DNA of 64,000 nt from an archaeon (GTDB taxonomy: Archaea > Nanobdellota > Nanobdellia > Woesearchaeales > GW2011-AR9). The first letter of the stretch is position 1, and each line of letters begins with the position of its first letter. Positions 56,151 through 64,000 of the stretch are shown here, piece by piece. The stretch spans positions 8,303 through 72,302 of the forward strand of contig JBDRMB010000029.1 in the NCBI GenBank assembly GCA_043812455.1, given 5' to 3'. The notes below the pieces were generated by a model, which was given only the letters and a program-made list of their open reading frames with translations, had not been told where the DNA came from and did not search any database. The translations under genes and the position numbers were made by a program.

Positions 56151-57019
56151 TCTAGATCAACCCTCCCAAATATTCCCCGTGGTCGGTAAATTAAGATCAG
56201 CAATAATACTACTGCATAGAAAACCATCCTTAACGGACCTAACAGATGTCCAGGTAATGGAATAAACCGTAGCAATTCTAATAAGATGAAAATTATAAAA
56301 GTTCCAATGATCGAACCACTGATTGAAGCAATCCCACCGATAATTACAATTGTGAAAATGAAAATAACTTCTAAAATTGTAAAGTGAGTCGGATCAATGT
56401 AAGATAAATAATGTGCTAGAAGACTACCAGCAATCCCTGCAAAGAACGCAGAAATCATCATCGCTTTATACTTTAATCTAAAAGTATTCTTACCAAGTAC
56501 TCTTAACCCAACTTCATCATCTCTGGTAGCTTCCAATAATCTGCCAAATGGTGAACGCATCAACAAATACATGATAAGAACTGAGAGAACTGTGATAATT
56601 GCAACTAGTATTAAGTAAGACCAACTTGCAGAAAATGCTATTCCAAAAATTTCCGGTTTTGGAATACCTGGCAAGCCTAAAGGTCCACCGGTTAAACTGC
56701 TCCAATTAATAAGTACTGCATAAACAACAAAACTAAACCCTAAAGTTGTCAATGCCAAATAATCTCCCCTTAGTCTTTTGGTAGCACTTGTTAATATAAA
56801 ACCAAACAAGCTGGCAAACAACCCTGCGATGATCAATGAGAAGAAAAACGGTACTCCGGCAATATTCAATAATGCTGAAGTGTAAGCTCCTACTGCAAAG
56901 AAAGCCACATGACCTAAGTTCAATAATCCAGTATAACCTAATGCAACATTCAAGCTTACTGCTAGGATAATATAAATACCAATCATGATTAAGATGTGAA
57001 TAAGGTATGCTTCAATCAT
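56147..57019 (-). CDS. livM: branched-chain amino acid ABC transporter permease (LivM-like)
   Basis: 290 aa with about 8 hydrophobic helices, positioned between the ATPase and LivH-like genes. Confidence 0.75.
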   Translation of the reverse strand: MIEAYLIHILIMIGIYIILAVSLNVALGYTGLLNLGHVAFFAVGAYTSALLNIAGVPFFFSLIIAGLFASLFGFILTSATKRLRGDYLALTTLGFSFVVYAVLINWSSLTGGPLGLPGIPKPEIFGIAFSASWSYLILVAIITVLSVLIMYLLMRSPFGRLLEATRDDEVGLRVLGKNTFRLKYKAMMISAFFAGIAGSLLAHYLSYIDPTHFTILEVIFIFTIVIIGGIASISGSIIGTFIIFILLELLRFIPLPGHLLGPLRMVFYAVVLLLILIYRPRGIFGRVDLE

Positions 57020-57891
57020 TTTCTCGCCCCCTTATCAACACCAAACAATCCTTGTGGTCTCAGTAACAAAAATAAGAACAGTAAGATGAAAGTAATCGCA
57101 TCCTTAAATCCAGAAGGCAAAAACCAAATTCCAAAATTTTCTGCTAAACCCAAAATATAACTTCCAATAATTGAGCCTGGTACAAAACCTATCCCTCCTA
57201 TAATTGCGCCGGTAAAACCTTTGATGATAAGATTAGTTCCCATAGCCGTCATCAAAGTTTGTTCTAACGCTATCAAGATACCAGCAACTCCTGCCAAGAA
57301 TGAACCAAGTATGAAAGAATAATCTGCAATTTTTTTACTGTCAATACCGGTTATGTCAGCTAATTCCTTATTATCAGCAACTGCCCGGAAATTTCTTCCA
57401 AGCTTAGTTTTTTTCATCAGCAGATAAAGTAAGATGAATAATACAACTGAAACAATAAAAATGATAATTTGTAGTACTGTTACTGTTGCTCCAAAAATAG
57501 TAATAGCTAACGGCCGGACAAATTCTAACGTTTTGATGTTAGGCCCGAACGCAATCAATATTAAATTTTCAAACAAAACTAATAATCCTACGGAAGCGAT
57601 TAATAATATAACATTAGACGATTTTCTCTGCTGTAACGGTCTGTAAATTAATCTGGACATCAATAATCCAAATATGCTTGTTAAGGTTAAAGTTAATAAA
57701 CATGATATGACAAAAGGCATTCCCAGCATTGAGAACGTCCAATACAGCAAGTAAGAGCTAACTACTACTGCCACACCATGTGCAAAGTGCATGAACTTGT
57801 TTGTGGAATATACTAGCGAGAACCCACAGGCTACGAGAGCATAGATTGATCCTATTACAAGTGAGTTTGCTAGTATTTGCGTGAATGTCAT
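57016..57891 (-). CDS. livH: branched-chain amino acid ABC transporter permease (LivH-like)
   Basis: 291 aa, polytopic. ATGA overlaps livM. Confidence 0.75.
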   Translation of the reverse strand: MTFTQILANSLVIGSIYALVACGFSLVYSTNKFMHFAHGVAVVVSSYLLYWTFSMLGMPFVISCLLTLTLTSIFGLLMSRLIYRPLQQRKSSNVILLIASVGLLVLFENLILIAFGPNIKTLEFVRPLAITIFGATVTVLQIIIFIVSVVLFILLYLLMKKTKLGRNFRAVADNKELADITGIDSKKIADYSFILGSFLAGVAGILIALEQTLMTAMGTNLIIKGFTGAIIGGIGFVPGSIIGSYILGLAENFGIWFLPSGFKDAITFILLFLFLLLRPQGLFGVDKGARK

Positions 57892-58212
57892 CTACTCTTC
57901 CCTCAACTTTTCTAAATTCTCATAAGTAAGTGGAACGTCATAGCATTCTCTTTCTTTTCCACCGTTAATACAATATGAAAGATAAGTTTCACGTAATCCA
58001 TCCTTGTCCCCATCATATGAATGAATTGATAAGGCATTATCAAAAGAATTAAGATAATCAGGATTATCAATAGGAGAATTTTTAACCACAAATCCAAATA
58101 CACCAATAGCAGATAAGAGACAAACACCAAATACTACTTGTGCTTTGATTTCTCCAGGAATTTTATAGTACAAGTCCTCTATTGTGTCTATTAGTTTCAT
58201 TCCTCCAAACAC
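57892..58212 (-). CDS. small single-TM protein, paralogue A (DGDKDG..ETYL motif)
   Basis: The TM is VVFGVCLLSAIGVFGFVV. A shared motif with the next gene is NSPIDNPDYL...DGDKDGLRETYLSY...ENLEKL. The true start may be Met5 at 58200. Confidence 0.4.
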   Translation of the reverse strand: MFGGMKLIDTIEDLYYKIPGEIKAQVVFGVCLLSAIGVFGFVVKNSPIDNPDYLNSFDNALSIHSYDGDKDGLRETYLSYCINGGKERECYDVPLTYENLEKLREE

Positions 58213-58505
58213 CCAACCATCTTCTCAAGGTTATCATCTGTCAAAGGAATTCTTACTTTACCATCATCTTGTTTAACATCGAGATAAGTTTCCTTGTAAC
58301 CATCTTTATCAGTATCTTTGACCACGATTGAAACTTCTTCATCTTTCAAATAATCTGGAGATACATTATTATTAGATAATGTTTTAGTTATAGCAAATGT
58401 TAATGACATAGATGCCATTCCTACTGCTACCCCTAACAAATAATCTTTGAATCCTTCCATTTCCCATTCACCTATTCCTAGTAAAACGATTATACAAAGC
58501 ATCAA
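58197..58505 (-). CDS. small single-TM protein, paralogue B (DTDKDGYKETYL motif)
   Basis: The TM is LLGVAVGMASMSLTFAI. The motif is SPDYL...DTDKDGYKETYLDV...DNLEKM. Start uncertain (Met1 or Met16). Confidence 0.4.
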   Translation of the reverse strand: MMLCIIVLLGIGEWEMEGFKDYLLGVAVGMASMSLTFAITKTLSNNNVSPDYLKDEEVSIVVKDTDKDGYKETYLDVKQDDGKVRIPLTDDNLEKMVGCLEE

Positions 58506-58737
58506 CTATGGCCCCACCCAGAATCCCTGTGCTATAAGAAGGAACTGCAATTACGCCCATTACAAGAACATCCAATGTCCCCCTACCAACAGTACTTTCA
58601 ATATTCATAGCATCATTAATTGCGGTACCTATTTCATATCCGCCCCAAAATGTAGCAATAGAAGCTCCAACAAATCCTGCTCCAACACATAGCATCTTAA
58701 GGTTACTAGGTTCATCATTATCAGTATATCTTTTCAT
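58468..58737 (-). CDS. small glycine-zipper membrane protein (start trimmed to MKRYTDND)
   Basis: GAGFVGASIATFWGGYEIG and GVIAVPSYSTGILGGAI are GxxxG-type glycine-zipper helices. Confidence 0.35.
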   Translation of the reverse strand: MKRYTDNDEPSNLKMLCVGAGFVGASIATFWGGYEIGTAINDAMNIESTVGRGTLDVLVMGVIAVPSYSTGILGGAIVDALYNRFTRNR

Positions 58738-58800
58738 TTTTATTCCTCCATCTAACAACCCCAGAAACCACAAAATAAAAAAAATAAAAAAAAGTAAAAT

Positions 58801-59940
58801 TTACTTCAAAAGTACAGACTCACTATCTTTGATCATGAAGAAATCATAACCAGCAGATGCAATGTCACCAATCTCATCAAACTGAATCAAATCATTAGAT
58901 TCTCCTGAATAAGAAGTATCTCTTAACGCTGCTTTGATATCGTTTGCATCAGTACTGCCAGCATCTTCAATCGCTTCTACCATTACCATGAAAGCATCGT
59001 ATCCTAAAGATGCTGCAATGGAAATCTCTAGATTTTCATAACCAGGTAAAGCGTGGATTTTGTTTTCAAAAGCATTTGACTGTTCGATACTTACAGTAGA
59101 GTAAATTGCTCCGTCACCATAACCGCTGGCCCAAACTTCTTCACCCTGCCAAGCATCGCCGCCAAGCATTGGTAAATTTAAACTAAGTTCTTCTGCTTGC
59201 TTGAAAAATGCTACCGCGTTAGTTGGATAGATTGGAGCAAAGATTGCTTCTGCGCCACTGTTTTTAATTTTGGTAATTTCAGTTCTGAAATCAGTATCTG
59301 TTTGTAACACTCCGCTTTCGTAAACAATTTCGCCGCCCATTTCTTCAAATGATTTAGTGAAAACGTTTTTCATACCTTCTCCCCAATCATTCTTGGTGTA
59401 AACCAAAGCAACTTTATCATAACCAAGTTCTTCCATCATATATTCAGCACCGACAACTCCTTGCAATGAATCGCTAGGGTAAATTCTGAATATACAATCA
59501 CCTACACTTGTAAGATCTGGAGCAGACGCTGCTACCATCATAACAGGTACGTTAGCACTTTGTGCAATAGGAATTGCTGGACCTGCTGCTGCGGAACAGA
59601 TTGGACCAACAATAGCATCAACCTGATCAACATTAACTTCTTTGTTAAAAGCTGCAACACTACTAGCGCTACAACTATCATCTTCTAAAACAACCTCAAC
59701 TTCCTGACCGCTAATTCCACCTTGTGCATTAACTTCATTTAAAGCTAAAGTAATTCCCGCAAAAGCATTTTCTCCCCAAGAAGCTGCTTCACCAGTCATT
59801 GGTAATACAACACCAATCTTAATTGGATCATCACTTCCAACTTTCACATATTCTCCAGTCGGACTTTGTGTACATCCAACTACTGAAAATAGTAACATTG
59901 CTGTTACTAAACTAAACATTAGTACATTCATTATTTTCAT
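58801..59940 (-). CDS. livK: branched-chain amino acid ABC transporter substrate-binding lipoprotein (LivK/LivJ-like)
   Basis: The signal plus lipobox is MLLFSVVGCTQS. The LIVBP family pattern is IKIGVVLPMTGEAASWGENAFAGITLALNEVNAQGGISGQEV. Confidence 0.8.
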   Translation of the reverse strand: MKIMNVLMFSLVTAMLLFSVVGCTQSPTGEYVKVGSDDPIKIGVVLPMTGEAASWGENAFAGITLALNEVNAQGGISGQEVEVVLEDDSCSASSVAAFNKEVNVDQVDAIVGPICSAAAGPAIPIAQSANVPVMMVAASAPDLTSVGDCIFRIYPSDSLQGVVGAEYMMEELGYDKVALVYTKNDWGEGMKNVFTKSFEEMGGEIVYESGVLQTDTDFRTEITKIKNSGAEAIFAPIYPTNAVAFFKQAEELSLNLPMLGGDAWQGEEVWASGYGDGAIYSTVSIEQSNAFENKIHALPGYENLEISIAASLGYDAFMVMVEAIEDAGSTDANDIKAALRDTSYSGESNDLIQFDEIGDIASAGYDFFMIKDSESVLLK

Positions 59941-60031
59941 TTTTTACTTTCCCCCACAATTTTTTAATTGTACCTAAAAAGTGGTTAATGATTCCTGAGA
60001 AAAATATATTAATTTTCTGTTAGTATACTAT

Positions 60032-60055
60032 ATATCTATATATATATATAGATAT
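60032..60055. promoter_or_regulatory. perfect 24-nt palindrome ATATCTATATATATATATAGATAT in divergent intergenic region upstream of the second AbrB-PhoU gene
   Basis: Read from the sequence. It could be TATA-box-rich promoter DNA, an operator, or both. Confidence 0.4.
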
Positions 60056-60096
60056 TTTAGAAAGATTTATATAAAATCATTGCCAAGAACAACTAA

Positions 60097-60999
60097 ATGA
60101 AAAGAAAAATTGTCAAACTCGGACCTGCGACATTAGTAGTCAGTTTACCAAGCAAGTGGGTAAGAAAAATTAATGTTAAAGTGGGAGATGAAGTAGAATT
60201 AGAAGAAAGAGACGATGGTCTGTTAATTAGTCCAGAAAGAACTAGTAGAACGATGAAAGACAATTTAGAATTCATTAAGCCAAATCGCTTAATGCGCAGA
60301 ATTGTTGCAGCTAAATATATGAAAGGTGCTGATGAGATTGATATTAAAGTTGGATCGACAGCAATCTCAAGAGAAATCCAGAAAAGAGTTGATCAAATGA
60401 TTGGTATGGAAATTGTTGATCAATCAAAAGATAAACTGCTAATTAAAAGTCTTGGGATCAGCGAAGAAGATAATATTGAAACAATCTCTAAAAGAATATT
60501 ATATTTACTCCAATCAATTTCTGATGAAAGTCTTAATGCCATTAAAAACAGAGAGACTGATTTGGAATATCTGAAAGATATGGAACTTAACGTTAACAAG
60601 TTTTCAGAATATTGTTTTCGATTATTAAATAAGAAAGGACATCCTCAACCGAGCAAAACTGCTAGTTTTTATTGCAGTTTATTTTTGTTAGAAGAACTGG
60701 CCGATGAATACAAGAAACTTATCGATCACATTAATGATAACAAGGTTAAATTAAATAATAAATTAACTGATATTTATGCTAAAATTAATTCTTATCAAAA
60801 AAGCATGAACAAGATCTTTCTTAAATACAATGAAGAGAAAGCATTATCTTTAGCCAAAGAATATGATATTATTTCTAAAGATATTGAACTTGAACTGAAG
60901 AAGACCAAATCCGTTAAGGAAGCAATTGTCTTAAAAACTTTTGAAAACATTTCCCATATCATAATTAAGATCATGAATGAGTTCATGAATATCAATTAA
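60097..60999 (+). CDS. AbrB-domain / PhoU-domain transcriptional regulator, second copy
   Basis: The N-terminus MKRKIVKLGPATLVVSLPSKWVRKINVKVGDEVELEE is a swapped-hairpin, with a helical PhoU-like remainder. It is a paralogue of 3236..4141. Confidence 0.75.
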   Translation: MKRKIVKLGPATLVVSLPSKWVRKINVKVGDEVELEERDDGLLISPERTSRTMKDNLEFIKPNRLMRRIVAAKYMKGADEIDIKVGSTAISREIQKRVDQMIGMEIVDQSKDKLLIKSLGISEEDNIETISKRILYLLQSISDESLNAIKNRETDLEYLKDMELNVNKFSEYCFRLLNKKGHPQPSKTASFYCSLFLLEELADEYKKLIDHINDNKVKLNNKLTDIYAKINSYQKSMNKIFLKYNEEKALSLAKEYDIISKDIELELKKTKSVKEAIVLKTFENISHIIIKIMNEFMNIN

Positions 61000-63095
61000 A
61001 AATCTTCTTCCCGTGGAGTAGCAAAGTATAAAGAACCAATATTATCACTAGCAGGACCATAATTCATCGCAGCATAAACTAATTCTCTGATGTCTTTAGA
61101 TATTATTTCATTATACGGATTGTTTAAATCAATCAAATTATAAGCGCATTCGGGACAACTAGAAGACCCCATATTACCAAGATCTCTTTCTTGAGGAGTA
61201 TAAAATTCATACAATGCTGCTTTTATATATCCATTATGTTTTTCTACCAATTGTGCTAATCTAGCAGCACCTTGATCCAAATTTTCTAATGGGTCAATTG
61301 TATTATCCCCATCTTTAAAATCTCGGTCAGCAAGTAAGGGGTCAAGAATATTTATATCAATTGTCCTCTCACTTTCTCGCATTATTCCTTGCCAACCATA
61401 GAGACGATTACTCTCCAACATATTTCTCAAAACTTTTGGTTCTAAAGAATATTTGTTTGCAATTTGATTTACAACTTCATCACCAATTTCATAACGTCCA
61501 TTTTCTACTTTACCATCAAGAATATCACTTTTAGCTGTTTCAAATGATCCGGTGAAGTTTATTCGATAGAGCTCTTCGCGAATTCCCTGCATATCAAAAA
61601 GCAAATCTTCCTGCCTTTCAATTTCATTCCTTCTTTCTTCCAAATACCTTGCACCAACTGCAACACCAACAATTGCAGATAGTCCAACAACTGGAAGCAT
61701 AACTCGATAAATTGCCCTTTTCCATTTTTTTTTTCTAATCTCTTTCCTTATTTTGGCAATCTCATCACTAGCGTTCTCTTCTACCAACTCAGTCAGAGGT
61801 ACCGGGGAAGCATTCTCCTGAGTCATGGCCTCGTGCGGATTACATCTCTCTTTCAACTGACGATAATCTCCTTCCATAAGTTCTCTAACAGAATATTTTC
61901 CGACAAACGGTCTATTCTCCCTGACAGCTTTCAAAAATTCTTGACTTACGATTCCCCGTGCCGTGGCATCGCCAATCCTCCTGGTAGCATCATTATACAA
62001 TACATTAGCCATGTTTTGCAACTTCTGAGCACTTAAATCATCTTCAGCGTTATCAGCCATCTTAATATACTTCTTAACAGCAACAAGTTCTTGCAAGATT
62101 TTGTTCTTAACGTAAATTCCAAAAGATTGAGTTTGCATCTCTTCATCATCCTCATGTAACTTCTCAGCAGCGTACATTGTTAATTGATATTCCGTATCCA
62201 TATCTAAGTTAGATTTGGTCAGCAATTTCCTCAAATCAAATTCAAAGAATCCATCAGAACAGGCAGCTGCCCAATCTAAATAAACAAACTTTCCATTAAC
62301 AAGAATATTGTTACCATGTAAATCACCATGAATGTTACTTCCTTTAGCAGCATTGAGATCGTCACCGATATCTTGCTTAAACAATTCGCACAACTTAGAA
62401 TCATCAGAATAAGACCTTACAAAATATTCATTAAAATCTGCTAACCTTTTTGGAAGGTCTAACCGTTCTCTAAATTCTTTAATATTAAGTACAGTATACA
62501 AACCAACATAATCATCAATCACTTTTTCGAGCAATGCAACATTATTTGCTTCATAATTTATATCCTGCAATGTTTTCAAAGTACTTCCTTCTACGAAAGG
62601 TGTGATAGTAATTCTTTTTCTTCTGTTGATAAAAGGCAGTGTTGGTACTTGACCTTCATAGGCTGTTCCTTCCAACAAATCACTTAATTCTCTTTGAGTC
62701 CTAACTGCAATTTTGAAATCTTCTTTCTTTGAAGATTTTTTTACTATATGTCTGATTGCAACTTTATCAGTTAATTGAAGAACTGCTTCTGCCACATAAC
62801 CGTCTTGTTCAGAAGTGTTTAATGTTACAGCATCTAAGAACCTTAATTCAGCTGCAAGAACATCAATACCTTTATCAGTTACAGCATTAGCTATCTTGCT
62901 TAATTGTTGGGGTGAGATTACACCACTTGCACTTAAACGTTCCAGTTCTGGCAATACAATTTGCTCTATGTATGCATCACAAGTTCTGTTTCCTAATGTT
63001 TCTCGTAATGGAAGATTCATAGCTTGGGCAAAGTGTTGTTTTCCAAACTTTTTTACTAAGTCCATATCAATCCTTCCCGGTACTTCTGAACTCAT
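60996..63095 (-). CDS. membrane-anchored protein-kinase-like protein (APH/CotS/RIO-like fold), one TM, extracellular C-terminal domain
   Basis: The beta3 Lys context is VAIRHIVKK. The catalytic loop is NIHGDLHGNNILVN. The metal-binding element is VYLDWAAA. The TM is AIYRVMLPVVGLSAIVGVAVGA near residue 460. About 230 aa of extracellular sequence have weak SLT-like spacing (RESER ... GAARLAQL ... YIKAALYEFY). Confidence 0.65.
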   Translation of the reverse strand: MSSEVPGRIDMDLVKKFGKQHFAQAMNLPLRETLGNRTCDAYIEQIVLPELERLSASGVISPQQLSKIANAVTDKGIDVLAAELRFLDAVTLNTSEQDGYVAEAVLQLTDKVAIRHIVKKSSKKEDFKIAVRTQRELSDLLEGTAYEGQVPTLPFINRRKRITITPFVEGSTLKTLQDINYEANNVALLEKVIDDYVGLYTVLNIKEFRERLDLPKRLADFNEYFVRSYSDDSKLCELFKQDIGDDLNAAKGSNIHGDLHGNNILVNGKFVYLDWAAACSDGFFEFDLRKLLTKSNLDMDTEYQLTMYAAEKLHEDDEEMQTQSFGIYVKNKILQELVAVKKYIKMADNAEDDLSAQKLQNMANVLYNDATRRIGDATARGIVSQEFLKAVRENRPFVGKYSVRELMEGDYRQLKERCNPHEAMTQENASPVPLTELVEENASDEIAKIRKEIRKKKWKRAIYRVMLPVVGLSAIVGVAVGARYLEERRNEIERQEDLLFDMQGIREELYRINFTGSFETAKSDILDGKVENGRYEIGDEVVNQIANKYSLEPKVLRNMLESNRLYGWQGIMRESERTIDINILDPLLADRDFKDGDNTIDPLENLDQGAARLAQLVEKHNGYIKAALYEFYTPQERDLGNMGSSSCPECAYNLIDLNNPYNEIISKDIRELVYAAMNYGPASDNIGSLYFATPREEDF

Positions 63096-63226
63096 TTTTT
63101 ATTCCCCATCCGTTTAAGCGCATATTCAAAAGCGTGCGATCTATTTCTGAACTTTCCAGTTAGAACACTAGCATCTACATCTACTAAAACATCTTCATTT
63201 ACAGTGATACTGATCTTACGCTTCAT
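63092..63226 (-). CDS. small ribbon-helix-helix (CopG/Arc-like) DNA-binding protein, 44 aa, not in ORF track
   Basis: The translation is MKRKISITVNEDVLVDVDASVLTGKFRNRSHAFEYALKRMGNKK, with a beta-strand (KISITV) followed by two helices as in RHH. Its stop TGA overlaps the kinase ATG (ATGA). A TATA-like TTTATAAA lies about 27 nt upstream. Confidence 0.5.
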   Translation of the reverse strand: MKRKISITVNEDVLVDVDASVLTGKFRNRSHAFEYALKRMGNKK

Positions 63227-63373
63227 ACAGTGTGATATTATCCCACCCCATTTATAAAGCTTTTGGTTATTTGTTACTTAGAAGGAGTTACAGATACACG
63301 GAGTCACAATAAATCCTATTGATCAAAAAATAAGAATTAAAATATTAAGAAATAAAATAAAAAAAGGAAGAAT

Positions 63374-63754
63374 TTACTCTTCTACTGCTTTTTCAAGCTT
63401 AGTTTCTGGAGCTTTAGCTTTAGGAGCCTTCTTCTCCTTAACCGGCTTAGTTTTCTTAACAGGAGCTTTAACCTTAACTTTTCTAGGTTTTGTAGGTCTT
63501 TTAGCAGGAGTTTTACTTTTCTTTTCCTTGACTTCAATACCTAAAGCTTTAGCTACAGCAGCAGTATCAGCATTCTCTTTAATGTCAACCATTTCAGCAG
63601 AAGGTTCTAAATGTTTAACATTAACTTTCCTTCTTCTGGTTTCTCCGTCAACTAGAACAAAGATATCATCAACTTTGCTAACAACAACACATTTCTTTCC
63701 AGCATCTCGGCCAGCAATCTTGATACAAACCCGTCCTATTTCGTATAGACTCAT
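63374..63754 (-). CDS. rpl14e: ribosomal protein L14e (KOW domain) with lysine-rich C-terminal tail; start trimmed to MSLYEIGR
   Basis: EIGRVCIKIAGRDAGKKCVVV is the KOW motif of L14e. A basic K/P/A-rich tail follows. ATGA overlaps the L34e stop. Confidence 0.8.
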   Translation of the reverse strand: MSLYEIGRVCIKIAGRDAGKKCVVVSKVDDIFVLVDGETRRRKVNVKHLEPSAEMVDIKENADTAAVAKALGIEVKEKKSKTPAKRPTKPRKVKVKAPVKKTKPVKEKKAPKAKAPETKLEKAVEE

Positions 63755-64000
63755 TCTTCTGACCTCGCTCTTTCTTTCATCATCATTCGCAAACATTTAG
63801 TACACAATAATCCACCGTAAGGTCTTTCTGGCCTTTTCTTGGACTTTGGTATGTTTGCCATCTTTGCTGGCAGTTCTCTAGGTACAGTAGTTAGTATTGC
63901 ACCGCAAGCACCACAATGTGCTCGGGAAGGTTTTCTTTTTCTGTAATGTAGAACATTCTTCCCACTAGGAGTTTTCACGAAAACTCTTCGTAACGTTCTT
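63751..64000 (-). CDS. rpl34e: ribosomal protein L34e (5' end lies beyond window end)
   Basis: RTLRRVFVKTPSGKNVLHYRKRKPSRAHCGACGAIL...CTKC is the L34e zinc-ribbon. The frame stays open to position 64000. Confidence 0.8.
   Translation of the reverse strand, partial: RTLRRVFVKTPSGKNVLHYRKRKPSRAHCGACGAILTTVPRELPAKMANIPKSKKRPERPYGGLLCTKCLRMMMKERARSEE

Overview
The window is AT-rich (roughly one-third GC) and gene-dense, with short intergenic spacers. Several archaeal hallmark genes are present: RFC small subunit, Pelota, archaeal-type PheS/PheT, ribosomal proteins L14e and L34e, a TrmB regulator and two AbrB-PhoU regulators. Several genes look bacterial in origin: class-I GAPDH, RelA/SpoT, an LIV-type ABC transporter and murein hydrolases. 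The lipobox and class-III signal-peptide surface proteins fit a small-genome DPANN-like archaeon. Housekeeping genes recognised are Nop2/Sun methyltransferase (partial), mdh, gap, enolase, cysS, rfcS, pelA, pheS, pheT, a Nif3 homologue, L14e and L34e (partial). No tRNA, rRNA, CRISPR array or reverse transcriptase was found by eye. The most interesting structures are listed below.

1. A three-gene module occurs twice in mirror image, once at each end of the window. Each copy has a tiny swapped-hairpin or RHH DNA-binding protein whose stop codon overlaps the start of a single-pass membrane kinase with a large extracellular domain. Each pair is converged upon by an AbrB-PhoU regulator gene.
2. 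Two secreted peptidoglycan-hydrolase-like proteins sit next to a giant surface-protein operon. One carries a lytic transglycosylase motif; the other combines a GHSAG alpha/beta-hydrolase elbow with an M15 peptidase domain.
3. A lipoprotein, membrane-protein and pilin-like cluster (36.7-43.5 kb) includes a Gly/Ala-rich membrane protein.
4. A GC-rich structured element is present in three copies. One copy carries a 62-nt cloverleaf-like insertion.
5. cysS is interrupted by a 32-nt out-of-frame insertion and lies directly downstream of a LAGLIDADG-family gene.
6. A second LAGLIDADG-family gene, assorted palindromic operator-like repeats and two coding or intergenic tandem repeats are also noted.
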